A stretch of DNA of 64,000 nucleotides, from contig JAHQWG010000025.1 in the NCBI GenBank assembly GCA_029856045.1, forward strand, positions 94,904-158,903, written 5' to 3'. The stretch is from Promethearchaeia archaeon. GTDB taxonomy: Archaea; Asgardarchaeota; Lokiarchaeia; Sigyniarchaeales; SOKP01. Below the pieces are notes generated by a model. It saw only the letters and a list, made by a program, of their open reading frames with translations, did no database searches and was not told the origin of the DNA. The position numbers and the translations under genes are program-made. Below are positions 28,990 through 38,662 of this stretch, in pieces. Each line of letters begins with the position of its first letter. Positions within the stretch are counted from its first letter, which is position 1.

Positions 28990-30585
28990 ATGTCTACCTT
29001 TCTCATTGTATTCATCATTTCCTGCGGTTTATTAACGTTTTTCTTATTATTGACGTTTTTCTATTATCAACAAATACAAAAAATGCAACTAACTGAAGAA
29101 CTTGAGAAAAAAGAAAAATCTTTAGAAACTATACTTGAGAGATATGCCCTTAAAGAAAAGAAAAATGTTATGATGGAAAAATTGGCTCAAATTTCTCAAA
29201 TAATTGCTGAAACTGAAAGTGAAATTGCCATAAAAACATCTCAAAGAACAAAACTTGCTGAAGAGTCTTTTAAGGAAAAAAGTTCTGAAGTAGAAATCAT
29301 TCAGCAAGCAGATGTAAAATATCGGACTTTTTCTCAAGATTTATCGTCTGCAATGCCTATTTCTGAAGAAGAAAGGCAAAGGGACTTAACAGATTTGAAA
29401 AATGCAATCGAAATATTAGAAAGTTTGGATGAAACAAAATATTTAAAAGATCAAAAAACAGTTGATGTTGCAAAAGGTTTATTTTTTGATAAGATGTCTC
29501 AAAAAATTAATTCTATAATAAATGAATTAAATTTAAGAGATTATAAAGTAATACCTGACGAAAGATTGGTATTTCATTCTTTAAAAAGTATCCCACAACT
29601 AAAGAATGAAGATTTTGAACCACTCTTAAATATAATGAAAGAAACGGGATTTTTTAATGATTTCATTGAAGTCAATCCAAAGTTGAGTTTAATTATTTTT
29701 CAAAAAGAAAAATTAATCTTTAATCAATCTGAAAAGGTTCTTCTCGCATTTGCATATGCAGAAGATTATTTAACTCCTCAAAAATTAATGGAACTTACTG
29801 AATGGAATAATGCGTTTGCTATGAAGGTGATAAATTCATTAAAAGAAAAAGGACTTTTAACAATATTTGATGAGAACATAAAAATTGACGGTTTTGGAAA
29901 TGTAGATGAGCGGAAAAAATGGAATGAATTCATAGAAGATCAAATTAAAGAAGAAAAAGAAGAATTTGAACGAAAAAGACACCGCCAAAAAGAGAGAGAA
30001 AATGAATTTAAAGAAAAAATACGTTTAAAACAACAAAAAATAAAAAAAATTGAAGACCAGAGATTAAAAGATATAGGTGATTTAAAGATTGCTATGGAAA
30101 AGCTGGAGGAAATAGCTTATTTCGATTCTAAACCGTCGTCGGAAGAAATCACTAGAGAACAAATTTCGGAAAAAATACTTGAATATTATGAGCAAAATTT
30201 AATCTTAAATGGAGGATTAGTGCAATTTTCAAAAATTTTTGAACATATAAAAGAAGATTATCCGAAGATAAATGTTAAAAAGATTTTAGACGTACTACAT
30301 AAATTCCAAGAAATGCAAATGATTAAAGATTCTTTTATGTTAGGCAGAGCTAGGATATACCTGTTTCAAGAAATGGAATTTAATGATAAAGATAAAGAGT
30401 TTTTATTATTAAATATAAATAAAAAACCCATGACAAAAGAAGAATTTTTAAAAGCACTAAAATGGGATGAGGAGAATTTATTAAAAATTATGAAAAAACT
30501 TCAGGGATATAATATTTTAAGAATTGAAGAAAATAAAATAATAATTCCTGGAATTAAACAAAAAAATATAACAGATGAAGAATAG
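28990..30585 (+). CDS. N-terminally membrane-anchored coiled-coil protein with two Vps22/Vps36 (EAP30, ESCRT-II)-like winged-helix modules
   Basis: TM residues 4-26; module 1 DYLTPQKLMELTEWNNAFAMKVINSLKEKGLL; module 2 LNGGLVQFSKIF...MTKEEFLKALKWDEENLLKIMKKL. Confidence 0.68.
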   Translation: MSTFLIVFIISCGLLTFFLLLTFFYYQQIQKMQLTEELEKKEKSLETILERYALKEKKNVMMEKLAQISQIIAETESEIAIKTSQRTKLAEESFKEKSSEVEIIQQADVKYRTFSQDLSSAMPISEEERQRDLTDLKNAIEILESLDETKYLKDQKTVDVAKGLFFDKMSQKINSIINELNLRDYKVIPDERLVFHSLKSIPQLKNEDFEPLLNIMKETGFFNDFIEVNPKLSLIIFQKEKLIFNQSEKVLLAFAYAEDYLTPQKLMELTEWNNAFAMKVINSLKEKGLLTIFDENIKIDGFGNVDERKKWNEFIEDQIKEEKEEFERKRHRQKERENEFKEKIRLKQQKIKKIEDQRLKDIGDLKIAMEKLEEIAYFDSKPSSEEITREQISEKILEYYEQNLILNGGLVQFSKIFEHIKEDYPKINVKKILDVLHKFQEMQMIKDSFMLGRARIYLFQEMEFNDKDKEFLLLNINKKPMTKEEFLKALKWDEENLLKIMKKLQGYNILRIEENKIIIPGIKQKNITDEE

Positions 30586-30586
30586 T

Positions 30587-32323
30587 CTAAGAGAATTTTT
30601 CTTTCACAAATTCCATTACTTTAATTATTTCTTCCAAGTGTGTCTCTCTTTTCCCAAAAATATAAAACCTGACATCAGGACCTGTTCCCGAAGGTCTGAA
30701 ATATAGAATAGAATCCTCACTTTTGAGTTGATAAGTATCAATCTTATTATTATTATCAGATAAACTTCTGATTTGATATTCTTTATTATCTAATTTTAAG
30801 GATTTTCCGTCATACTTCTCAAAATTTTTCATTATTTTGATTTTCTCCACATCAACAGCGGGAATTGTTCTGTTTATTCCCTTTATTGTCCAATCAATTG
30901 CATCGGAAATTCTATATCCTCTGACTATCAACTCAGAAAGTATGATTAGAGCTGGAACGGGGTATTTATCTGCAATTATGGGAAAAGGTGTTTCAAAATC
31001 ATATTCTTCCGTGTTATTTTTTTTGGTAACTTTTAATATGTTGAATGTATGACCCCCACTTTCCTCCCACGCTGCAACTATTAAGTTCTCATCAATAATT
31101 TCTTTATTCTTAACAATTTTGCTTATGGTGTCTTTGAGTGGGGTTGAATTATTAATTTTTACAAATTTATCATTATTTTCTACATATAATATTCCTGTAT
31201 CAATTTTTGATTGATCTACTTCAACCCCAAACAAGAAATATAAAATAACACCTAAATGTTTATATCCTACACCTGTCAAAATATTTAGAATTGAAGTATG
31301 GTCACCCCTATAATCGCTTGGAATTGTTCTTATGTTAATTATTTTGCATGAGAATTCCTTTGCAAGAATATTATGCATAGCAGTATAAAGCTCGTTTGGT
31401 ATATAAAGATTATATCCATCATCCTCCTTTAAAAAGAATGCAAGTCGATCTCTATCAGCGTCTAATAATATCGCAATTTTTGAATCAACAGATTCCATCG
31501 TTTGAATTAACTTTTCTCTTCTTAATTCCTTAATTGGATTAGGCGGGTTGATAGTTTCGTCTATTAAGGTAATGTTAGCTCCATATTCTTTATAAAGATT
31601 CACAATACCCCTTGCCTTACCTAAATATGGCCATATAACAATTTTCGCATTTTTTAAGGCTTGAATTTCAATAATTTTAGAAATTAAATCTTTAATATAC
31701 TCATTATTTTTCTGTTCTGCACCAATTCTATTTTCTTTAAATTTTCTCTTAAATTTTATCTCATTTAAGGAAAGCGCTATGCTAGAAATTTGCTTCATTA
31801 AATCGCCCGAAATAGGAATTGGATATTTCATATAAACTTTAAGTCCATTCCAATCTAATGGATTGTGGGATGCAGTAATCATTAAAGCTAGATTTATATC
31901 TTCATATAATGCAACTGATGCACTAGCATAAGGACTAGACATCAAGGAATTCCCATTACCATCTTTCTGAAAGAAAATTTCAAAACCATCTTGAGCAAAT
32001 AATTGAGCACAGAGTTTTACTAAATAATTACTACTCGGACGACAATCGGAAACAATTAATATTTTCGGATTTTCTTCTATAAAATCTTCTTGAAATTTGA
32101 TACTGATCGCTTTAGCAACGCGAAGATAGAGAAATAATTTTTGATTAGTTAAAAGATATGTTCCTGAAGGTTCTATTGAATCAAAAAGTTTAATTCTTAA
32201 ACCTGAGGTTGGGGGAACAATGGGATCAACAATTTTTTGCTCCTCTTCATTCAAATCAGGTAATCTTATTAAATTGTAATCTTCAAATTCCTCGAAGTTT
32301 AATTTTTCAATTTTAAATTCCAT
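30587..32323 (-). CDS. Alpha-D-phosphohexomutase (PGM/PMM)
   Basis: TSGLR, DCRPSS, TASHNP phosphoserine loop, DADRDR metal loop, EESGG, RPSGT. Confidence 0.9.
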   Translation of the reverse strand: MEFKIEKLNFEEFEDYNLIRLPDLNEEEQKIVDPIVPPTSGLRIKLFDSIEPSGTYLLTNQKLFLYLRVAKAISIKFQEDFIEENPKILIVSDCRPSSNYLVKLCAQLFAQDGFEIFFQKDGNGNSLMSSPYASASVALYEDINLALMITASHNPLDWNGLKVYMKYPIPISGDLMKQISSIALSLNEIKFKRKFKENRIGAEQKNNEYIKDLISKIIEIQALKNAKIVIWPYLGKARGIVNLYKEYGANITLIDETINPPNPIKELRREKLIQTMESVDSKIAILLDADRDRLAFFLKEDDGYNLYIPNELYTAMHNILAKEFSCKIINIRTIPSDYRGDHTSILNILTGVGYKHLGVILYFLFGVEVDQSKIDTGILYVENNDKFVKINNSTPLKDTISKIVKNKEIIDENLIVAAWEESGGHTFNILKVTKKNNTEEYDFETPFPIIADKYPVPALIILSELIVRGYRISDAIDWTIKGINRTIPAVDVEKIKIMKNFEKYDGKSLKLDNKEYQIRSLSDNNNKIDTYQLKSEDSILYFRPSGTGPDVRFYIFGKRETHLEEIIKVMEFVKEKFS

Positions 32324-32360
32324 ATTTACTACACAACCCTTTTATTAAAATTAGAAATTT

Positions 32361-33245
32361 TTATTTTATATGTTTTTTTTCTATTGTTTCGATTGCATTT
32401 CTTAAAATTTCATGAATTTTTTCCCGATATACAAGATTGATTGCAACCATGCCAAAAGTTTTTATTTGCCTTTTATCAGTAGAGAGTAATTTCTCACAAA
32501 ATTCAGGAGTTAATCTGTTGTCTAAATCTTGCTTATTTGCTATCCCGATAACAAATTCATCTTCATAATATTTATCCAAAATGTCATGTATTATTTGTTT
32601 TGAACCCGATACATTCTCATAAGTGGAATCAGTTACTAATAAAGCAATTTCTGTACCTGAAAGTAAGCTTGTCCATAGACTCTGAAAATTTTTTTGGCCC
32701 GCAAAATCCCAGAAAACAACTTCTCTTTTACCTCCAAACCCATCAAAAGTTGTAATATCAGCAGTCATTGTAGGTACATATTCTAAATTAATATCTTTCC
32801 CACAAATTAAATGAAGAAGTGTTGTTTTCCCAACCCCTCCAAATCCAATGATTGAAATTTTTATCGCACCAAGAACAATTTTATCAAGTTCTTCGTTAAA
32901 TTTCTTAAATATTGAACGATTGCCTGCCCATTTATTATCTTTAATAATATTTTCGAATTTTTCTATGAATTTTTCGGCAATATTATTTAATTTGTTGGTT
33001 ATTTCTTTATCTTCATCTTCTTTATCTGCACAAACGACAAATATTATGTCTTTAATAGAGATATAGAAGTATTTATTATCTCCAGTCTCAGTAGATTTTA
33101 TTTCTGATTGACTAATTTCTTGCATAAAACTTGAAAATGCACTTAAAAAACCAGCCAATAAATCTTTATCAACCTCCGAGACACCATAATTGCGGAATAG
33201 CAAAGATTTTCCATTATTGGTCAGGATGTTAACGTATTGAATCAA
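32361..33245 (-). CDS. Longin domain + Arf-like small GTPase
   Basis: Longin N-terminus (NGKSLLFRNYG...LLAGFLSAFSSF); G1 GFGGVGKT, G3 WDFAGQ, G4 NKQD. Confidence 0.88.
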   Translation of the reverse strand: MIQYVNILTNNGKSLLFRNYGVSEVDKDLLAGFLSAFSSFMQEISQSEIKSTETGDNKYFYISIKDIIFVVCADKEDEDKEITNKLNNIAEKFIEKFENIIKDNKWAGNRSIFKKFNEELDKIVLGAIKISIIGFGGVGKTTLLHLICGKDINLEYVPTMTADITTFDGFGGKREVVFWDFAGQKNFQSLWTSLLSGTEIALLVTDSTYENVSGSKQIIHDILDKYYEDEFVIGIANKQDLDNRLTPEFCEKLLSTDKRQIKTFGMVAINLVYREKIHEILRNAIETIEKKHIK

Positions 33246-33382
33246 TTTTTTTGCATACTATGGAGTATTTTTTCAATTATTAATATGAATATATAAGTAA
33301 TAAAATAAATAATTCTTTAAATAAATTTAAAATAAATATCCATCTTCAAAGTATCATAGAGTTAAATTTATGATAAAAAATA

Positions 33383-33949
33383 ATGACTAATAATAACTCA
33401 TCAGATAAAATAGACCCACTTGAAGAGAAAATCGGATCATTCTCGGAAATACTTCAAAACTTTGGTTTAAACCTCATACAAAATATTGGAAAAATTACTC
33501 ATTCAATTCATATATTAACTGATAAAATTGATGATCTTTTAAAAACAACTCTAGATATAAAGGGACTTATTCCACAACTGAATAAAATTATTGAAAAACA
33601 AGATGCAATTGAAAGTGAAATTGATCTCTTAAAATCAGTAATCTCACAAGGAATAATTGCTCAAAAATCAACTGAAATTGAAAGAGATGAAACTACAACA
33701 TTCAAATCAAATAATGCTAAGGAGATCTTTGATAATTTAAAAACGGCAGTTATGAGTACAAATGATTTAGAGAAAATTAAAGCTCTCTTAGAGGAAACAA
33801 AAGAATCGATCTTTGAAATTACAGGAGGTCATAGAACTTTGTATGAAATTTCAAGAACTATTGCTGATTTAAAAAACTTTAAAGAATTTAATGAATCTTT
33901 AGAAAAAATGCTTCTTGATAAGATTGATTTCTGGATTATAAAATTTTAA
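33383..33949 (+). CDS. Hypothetical coiled-coil + helical-bundle protein
   Basis: 188-aa ORF, heptad pattern, C-terminal FEITGGHRTLYEI...KIDFW. Confidence 0.7.
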   Translation: MTNNNSSDKIDPLEEKIGSFSEILQNFGLNLIQNIGKITHSIHILTDKIDDLLKTTLDIKGLIPQLNKIIEKQDAIESEIDLLKSVISQGIIAQKSTEIERDETTTFKSNNAKEIFDNLKTAVMSTNDLEKIKALLEETKESIFEITGGHRTLYEISRTIADLKNFKEFNESLEKMLLDKIDFWIIKF

Positions 33950-34139
33950 AATCCCCCAAACCATTTGCATTCTTTTTAAAAAAAAAGGATTCTTAAAAAC
34001 TAAAATATTCTATGTAATTTAAAAAATTTCATGGTTTTTTGGAGCTTTTTTATCTTAATTATGATTAAATATTTTAAAGTGAAATTTTTTTTTCTACTAA
34101 ATAACTGGTTAAAATCTTAAAATTATAAAGTGCAAACAA

Positions 34140-34718
34140 ATGTCAGAAGATTCAAATAATGAAAAACTACACTTCTATAGACCAGATACGGAGTATATTT
34201 ATAAGATAATCGTTATTGGGGATCCTACTGTAGGAAAGACTAGCCTCTTAAACAATTTTATTAAAAAAAGATTTACAAAAACATACATTCCAACGGTTGG
34301 CGTAAATATCTTAAAGTACATCCTCCAGTTTGAAACAAAGGAAGGGAAGAAAACTGAAGTCAACCTAATGTTCTGGGATATCGCTGGGCAACCTCAGTTC
34401 TACATGGTCCACAAACCATATTATCAAGGTGCAAACGGAATTATTCTTGTGTTTGACATTACCAGAAGCAGTACTTTTTCAAATGTTAACAATTGGTACA
34501 ATGAAGCTGTTAAATTTGGTCTTTCTTCAGTACCAAGAATAATTGTTGGGAATAAGATTGATTTAAAAGATGATAGGAAGATTATTGTTCCAATGTCAGA
34601 GCATCTTTCTAAAAAGTTAAATGCTCCATATTTCGAAACATCCGCAAAAACAGGGGTTAATGTTCCTATTATTTTCCATAAAATTACCGAATTAATTTAT
34701 TATAAGAAAAATGAATAA
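34140..34718 (+). CDS. Rab-like small GTPase
   Basis: YIYKIIVIGDPTVGKT, YIPTVG, WDIAGQ, YYQGA, GNKID, ETSAK; no prenylation cysteines. Confidence 0.93.
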   Translation: MSEDSNNEKLHFYRPDTEYIYKIIVIGDPTVGKTSLLNNFIKKRFTKTYIPTVGVNILKYILQFETKEGKKTEVNLMFWDIAGQPQFYMVHKPYYQGANGIILVFDITRSSTFSNVNNWYNEAVKFGLSSVPRIIVGNKIDLKDDRKIIVPMSEHLSKKLNAPYFETSAKTGVNVPIIFHKITELIYYKKNE

Positions 34719-35081
34719 AAATCAATAGATTAAAACTCTTTTTTTCAATTTAATTTACTTTTTTTTAAGAAAGAATTTTTTTTTAATTGCATAGGAAATC
34801 AAGGTCAAGAAGAAAAGTTCAAGATAAAACGAAAAAAATTTTACGATTTTATTTATATAGGAGTTTTAACCTCGTAAAATTATAAAGGATCTGAATTAAA
34901 AGGAGAAAAATTAGTTGCGATGAATACGAATTTTAATCATATCCATATATTACATTGTAATATATAAACGATTACTGCTATAATATTCAGATCATATTCA
35001 AGGGATTATTCAGCTGATATTGAAAAGATCTCGAGAATATAGTATTGGATAATATAAATATTAAAATAAATTTAAGAGGTT

Positions 35082-35378
35082 GTGTGTGAAGAAATGAGTA
35101 TGTTTAGATCTTACTTGCTGAAGCAAAACTTTTGGGCAAAAAAGGGAAAGGAAAGGACAGTATATATGAAACATGATATAAATATTGGTGGAATATATGC
35201 TTACCTCGTGAATCATGGAGTTAAATTGATTGTTAAAGGGAAAGATTATTTTTTTGATAATTTTGATAATTTGGAAGTTTTTCTAAACCGTTTAACAACC
35301 AATTCTAATAACGATGATTTTTCGAGAGTTCTTAAGAGAAGAAACATGCAAAAGGCTCTTAGAACTTTAGCAATTTAA
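35082..35378 (+). CDS. Small hypothetical protein
   Basis: 98-aa ORF with typical composition, GAGG/GTGA upstream, T-rich tract downstream. Confidence 0.6.
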   Translation: MCEEMSMFRSYLLKQNFWAKKGKERTVYMKHDINIGGIYAYLVNHGVKLIVKGKDYFFDNFDNLEVFLNRLTTNSNNDDFSRVLKRRNMQKALRTLAI

Positions 35379-35559
35379 TTAAATAATAAATAAATTTATT
35401 CTCCCTTTTTTTAACAAAAATTAATTTAAATTAAACATTCAGTTGGAATTAAATCGATTTAAATATTCCATATTGTTGATTTAAAAACAATAAATTTTAT
35501 GATTTCTTATTGAAGTATATTAAAATCTAAGAAAAAATATCTTAGATTAACAAAAGATT

Positions 35560-36072
35560 GTGAGGATCTTGAATATTTCCGAAAAATTTGATGAAAAAGC
35601 AATATTAAAAAGAATAGAAAGTCTCTTAAAGAAATTAAAAGAGAAAGGATTAAAGTTGAGTATAGCAGAGTCAGCTACTGGGGGTTATCTTTCTCATATG
35701 ATAACAAATATATCTGGTTCATCAGAAATATTTGAGCGTGGAGTTATATCATATAGTGATAAATCTAAGAGTGAAATATTGGGTGTAGATCCAAAAATGA
35801 TAAAAAAGTTCGGTGCAGTTAGTGATATTGTTGCAAAGCAGATGGCAGAAGGTATCCGAAGAATTGCCAACTCAGAAATAGGCATAGGAACAACAGGTAT
35901 AGCTGGCCCTACAGGGGGGACGGAATTAAAACCGGTTGGGTTAGTATATATTTCATACTCTTTAAAAGATCAAATAATTGTGGATAAACATAATTTTAAG
36001 ACTAGTCGGATTAAATTTAAGCAAAAGGTTTTAGAAGCTGTTATTACTAAACTAGAATCCATAATTTTATGA
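35560..36072 (+). CDS. pncC: CinA C-terminal domain / NMN deamidase
   Basis: AESATGG, ISGSS, GAVS, QMAEG, TTGIAGPTGG, KPVGLVYI. Confidence 0.9.
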   Translation: MRILNISEKFDEKAILKRIESLLKKLKEKGLKLSIAESATGGYLSHMITNISGSSEIFERGVISYSDKSKSEILGVDPKMIKKFGAVSDIVAKQMAEGIRRIANSEIGIGTTGIAGPTGGTELKPVGLVYISYSLKDQIIVDKHNFKTSRIKFKQKVLEAVITKLESIIL

Positions 36073-36776
36073 TTGAATTTCTTCTAAATTAGACATATTT
36101 AAATTAAGCAATTAAAATTTAATAACTATTTTTACAATGTTTATCCTCAATGTAATTTTAATAAACACGGGAAAATTTATAAAAAAGAGAACTAAAGAGT
36201 AATATGACAAAAAGAAGAAAAAAGTTAATGAGGAATAATCAATGGAGACCTTTCGAACAAAAACAGACATAATTGTAACTCTACTGGGGATGTTTCAATG
36301 TCTGACACTTCTTCTTCCTATGGGATTTTATGCGATTGAACCACCACCAAGTTATGTTGACACTTTGTGGGGATTCCTTGAAGCATCAACATATATCAGC
36401 TTTATCATTGGAGTATTACTCCTTTTTCGCTACCAAATCCAAACCCATTTACATTTGAAAGCGAATATAATGATCATTCTCTCAGGAATAATAACCGTCT
36501 TGACATTTTTTATGGGATCTTTTCTGTATCCACTTACACAAACTTTAATTGAGGGATTTCATCAAGTTATTACTAATTCTGGAATAATAACTTATCTTGA
36601 TGTGGAAATTGGGGGAATATTCAAATATTTCTCATTTGGTGTGGGGTTTCTTTACCTTGGGTTAGGGGTAAAGCAGTATAATCGTGATCGCTTAGAAACC
36701 CTAGACTCAAAAATAACATCTTCTTGAAATCTTTCATTTAATCTAACCGGATTAAATTTAAGCAAAAGGTTTTAGA
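36007..36776 (+). repeat. 29-bp exact direct repeat (36007-36035 and 36748-36776), extending imperfectly 3'
   Basis: CGGATTAAATTTAAGCAAAAGGTTTTAGA occurs twice, 741 bp apart. Confidence 0.9.
36242..36727 (+). CDS. Hypothetical membrane protein (about 4 TM)
   Basis: 161-aa ORF with four hydrophobic stretches; GAGG upstream. Confidence 0.7.
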   Translation: METFRTKTDIIVTLLGMFQCLTLLLPMGFYAIEPPPSYVDTLWGFLEASTYISFIIGVLLLFRYQIQTHLHLKANIMIILSGIITVLTFFMGSFLYPLTQTLIEGFHQVITNSGIITYLDVEIGGIFKYFSFGVGFLYLGLGVKQYNRDRLETLDSKITSS

Positions 36777-36825
36777 GGTTGTTGTTATTCGATTAGAATC
36801 TATTGTTCAAGAGGAACTGAAATAA
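36745..36825 (+). pseudogene. Displaced 3' fragment of pncC
   Basis: Translates NRIKFKQKVLEVVVIRLESIVQEELK* versus PncC end SRIKFKQKVLEAVITKLESIIL*. Confidence 0.75.
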
Positions 36826-36831
36826 GAATTA

Positions 36832-37938
36832 TTAAAATTCTCTATTTATACTAAAATCTAATAATTCCATAAAAAATTTCTTAGATTTTTTATTTAATTC
36901 TGGATAAATTTTCTTTAAAGATTCCTTGGCTTGAGAAATTAGATTTAAACCAAATTGTTGAGCGATTTTTAAGGCGTTTGTTTCATTAATAATCTTCAAA
37001 ACTTCCTCAATTTCATTTTTATTTAAATCAGGTTTCCCATATAATTCATTTATAATTTTTTGTTGGTCTTCTGTTGTATTCTGGATTGCAATAATATATG
37101 GAAATTTTTTCTCGCCATGAATTAAATCTTTCTCTAGGTCTAAAATATCGTCTCTTATAGAATGAATTTGACCTAATTTTAACATAAAATCTGATAATGG
37201 ATTAATCTGATAATTCAAATTACCTTTTGCGAGAATTGCACCAATTTTTGCCGATTTTTCAAATAAGCTTGCAGTTTTTAGCTCTGCGATATTTAAATAT
37301 TGTTCTAAAGTCATAGTGATTTTATTCCAAAACATATATTCTTCAATAATTAGCCCCTTATTGATTGAATTGAACGCTTCATTATACTCAGCAAGTGCCT
37401 TGAATTTTAATTCATTCTCAAATTTTGATTTAAAAATAATCTGGGAACCTAAAAAATAGGTAATATTCCCTCCTAAAATTGCCATAGTATCTCCGAATTC
37501 TCGAGCAGATTCTTCTTTATTCGGAAAGTCTTTATCAGTATATGTTTCTAATAGTTGGTTTGCCCACCTAATATGAAAAGAAGGAAATCCTCTTCGTGTT
37601 ATATCTTTGTCAATAAGATCATCATGGATAAGTTTTGCATTATGGAGAAGCTCAACAGATAGTGCAACAGATATAATATCATCTGCCATTTCTTCTATAT
37701 AGTGAGGATTTGCAATTCCTAAAAATGATGCAATTAAAATTATAGGATGTAGTCTTTTTGGTTTATTATTTGGGGGTAATAAATAATCTTTTACTCTTTT
37801 AATGAAATCATATAGTAATGTGTTTTGAATTGATTCAGATTTTGATATCTCTATTAAATATTTTTCTAATTCTAAATCAACTTTATTTTTTTCTTCTTTA
37901 AAATATTGTTCTAGAAAATTTTTAGGTTTATTCATCAT
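36832..37938 (-). CDS. Polyprenyl diphosphate synthase (GGPP synthase-like)
   Basis: KRLHP, ELLH, FARM HDDLID..RRG, KTASLF, SARM RDDILD. Confidence 0.9.
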   Translation of the reverse strand: MMNKPKNFLEQYFKEEKNKVDLELEKYLIEISKSESIQNTLLYDFIKRVKDYLLPPNNKPKRLHPIILIASFLGIANPHYIEEMADDIISVALSVELLHNAKLIHDDLIDKDITRRGFPSFHIRWANQLLETYTDKDFPNKEESAREFGDTMAILGGNITYFLGSQIIFKSKFENELKFKALAEYNEAFNSINKGLIIEEYMFWNKITMTLEQYLNIAELKTASLFEKSAKIGAILAKGNLNYQINPLSDFMLKLGQIHSIRDDILDLEKDLIHGEKKFPYIIAIQNTTEDQQKIINELYGKPDLNKNEIEEVLKIINETNALKIAQQFGLNLISQAKESLKKIYPELNKKSKKFFMELLDFSINREF

Positions 37939-38122
37939 TCCATCATAATCTTGTTATTGATTAATAAAAATTCATAAATTTATTTATTTCCTCCTACCTT
38001 GAAGAATTATTTTTTATAGATTTTGAGTTATTTATCAAAAATTAAAATGGAATTACTTTTTTATTGAAATGATATTTTAATTAAATAATAATTAATTTAT
38101 ATTCTATTTTTAATAAGAGAAG

Positions 38123-38641
38123 ATGGTTGATAATATGAAATTGGGAGTTATTTCTGATTCACATGATAATTTGGACAAGATCAAAAAAGCAATAAATATT
38201 TTGAATAAAGAAAATATAGATTTCTTGATACACTGTGGGGATATCATCTCTCCTTTTATTTCAACAGTTTTTGAAGGGTTAGATGAAAAAATAAAAAATG
38301 GAAATTTTTACGGAGTTTTTGGTAATAATGATGGAGATCTATTATATTTAACAGAAAGGCTAGGAAAGATTTGCAAACTCAGTGGTTATGAAGCAATTTT
38401 AGAATTAGCTGGGAAAAAAATATATGTTTCTCATGGTCCAGATCCTTTAGTTATTAAAAGTTTAGCAAAATCTGGTGAATTTGATATTATTTGTACAGGA
38501 CATACTCACGATCATAATATCAAAAAAATAAATAATACGCTAGTTATAAATCCAGGAGAATTATGTGGATATTTGACTGGAAAAGCCACATTTGTTATCG
38601 TGGATTTAGAGACAATGGATGCCCGATTAATAGAAATATAG
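38123..38641 (+). CDS. Metallophosphoesterase, YfcE/MJ0936 family
   Basis: SDSH, HCGD, GNND, SHG, GHTH, NPG. Confidence 0.93.
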   Translation: MVDNMKLGVISDSHDNLDKIKKAINILNKENIDFLIHCGDIISPFISTVFEGLDEKIKNGNFYGVFGNNDGDLLYLTERLGKICKLSGYEAILELAGKKIYVSHGPDPLVIKSLAKSGEFDIICTGHTHDHNIKKINNTLVINPGELCGYLTGKATFVIVDLETMDARLIEI

Positions 38642-38662
38642 TTTTAAAAAAAAATTCGAGTT

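Noticed and set aside
38123-38641. Vps29 (retromer) as a eukaryotic signature
   Set aside because: Motifs fit the widespread prokaryotic YfcE/MJ0936 phosphoesterases; nothing specific to Vps29 is visible
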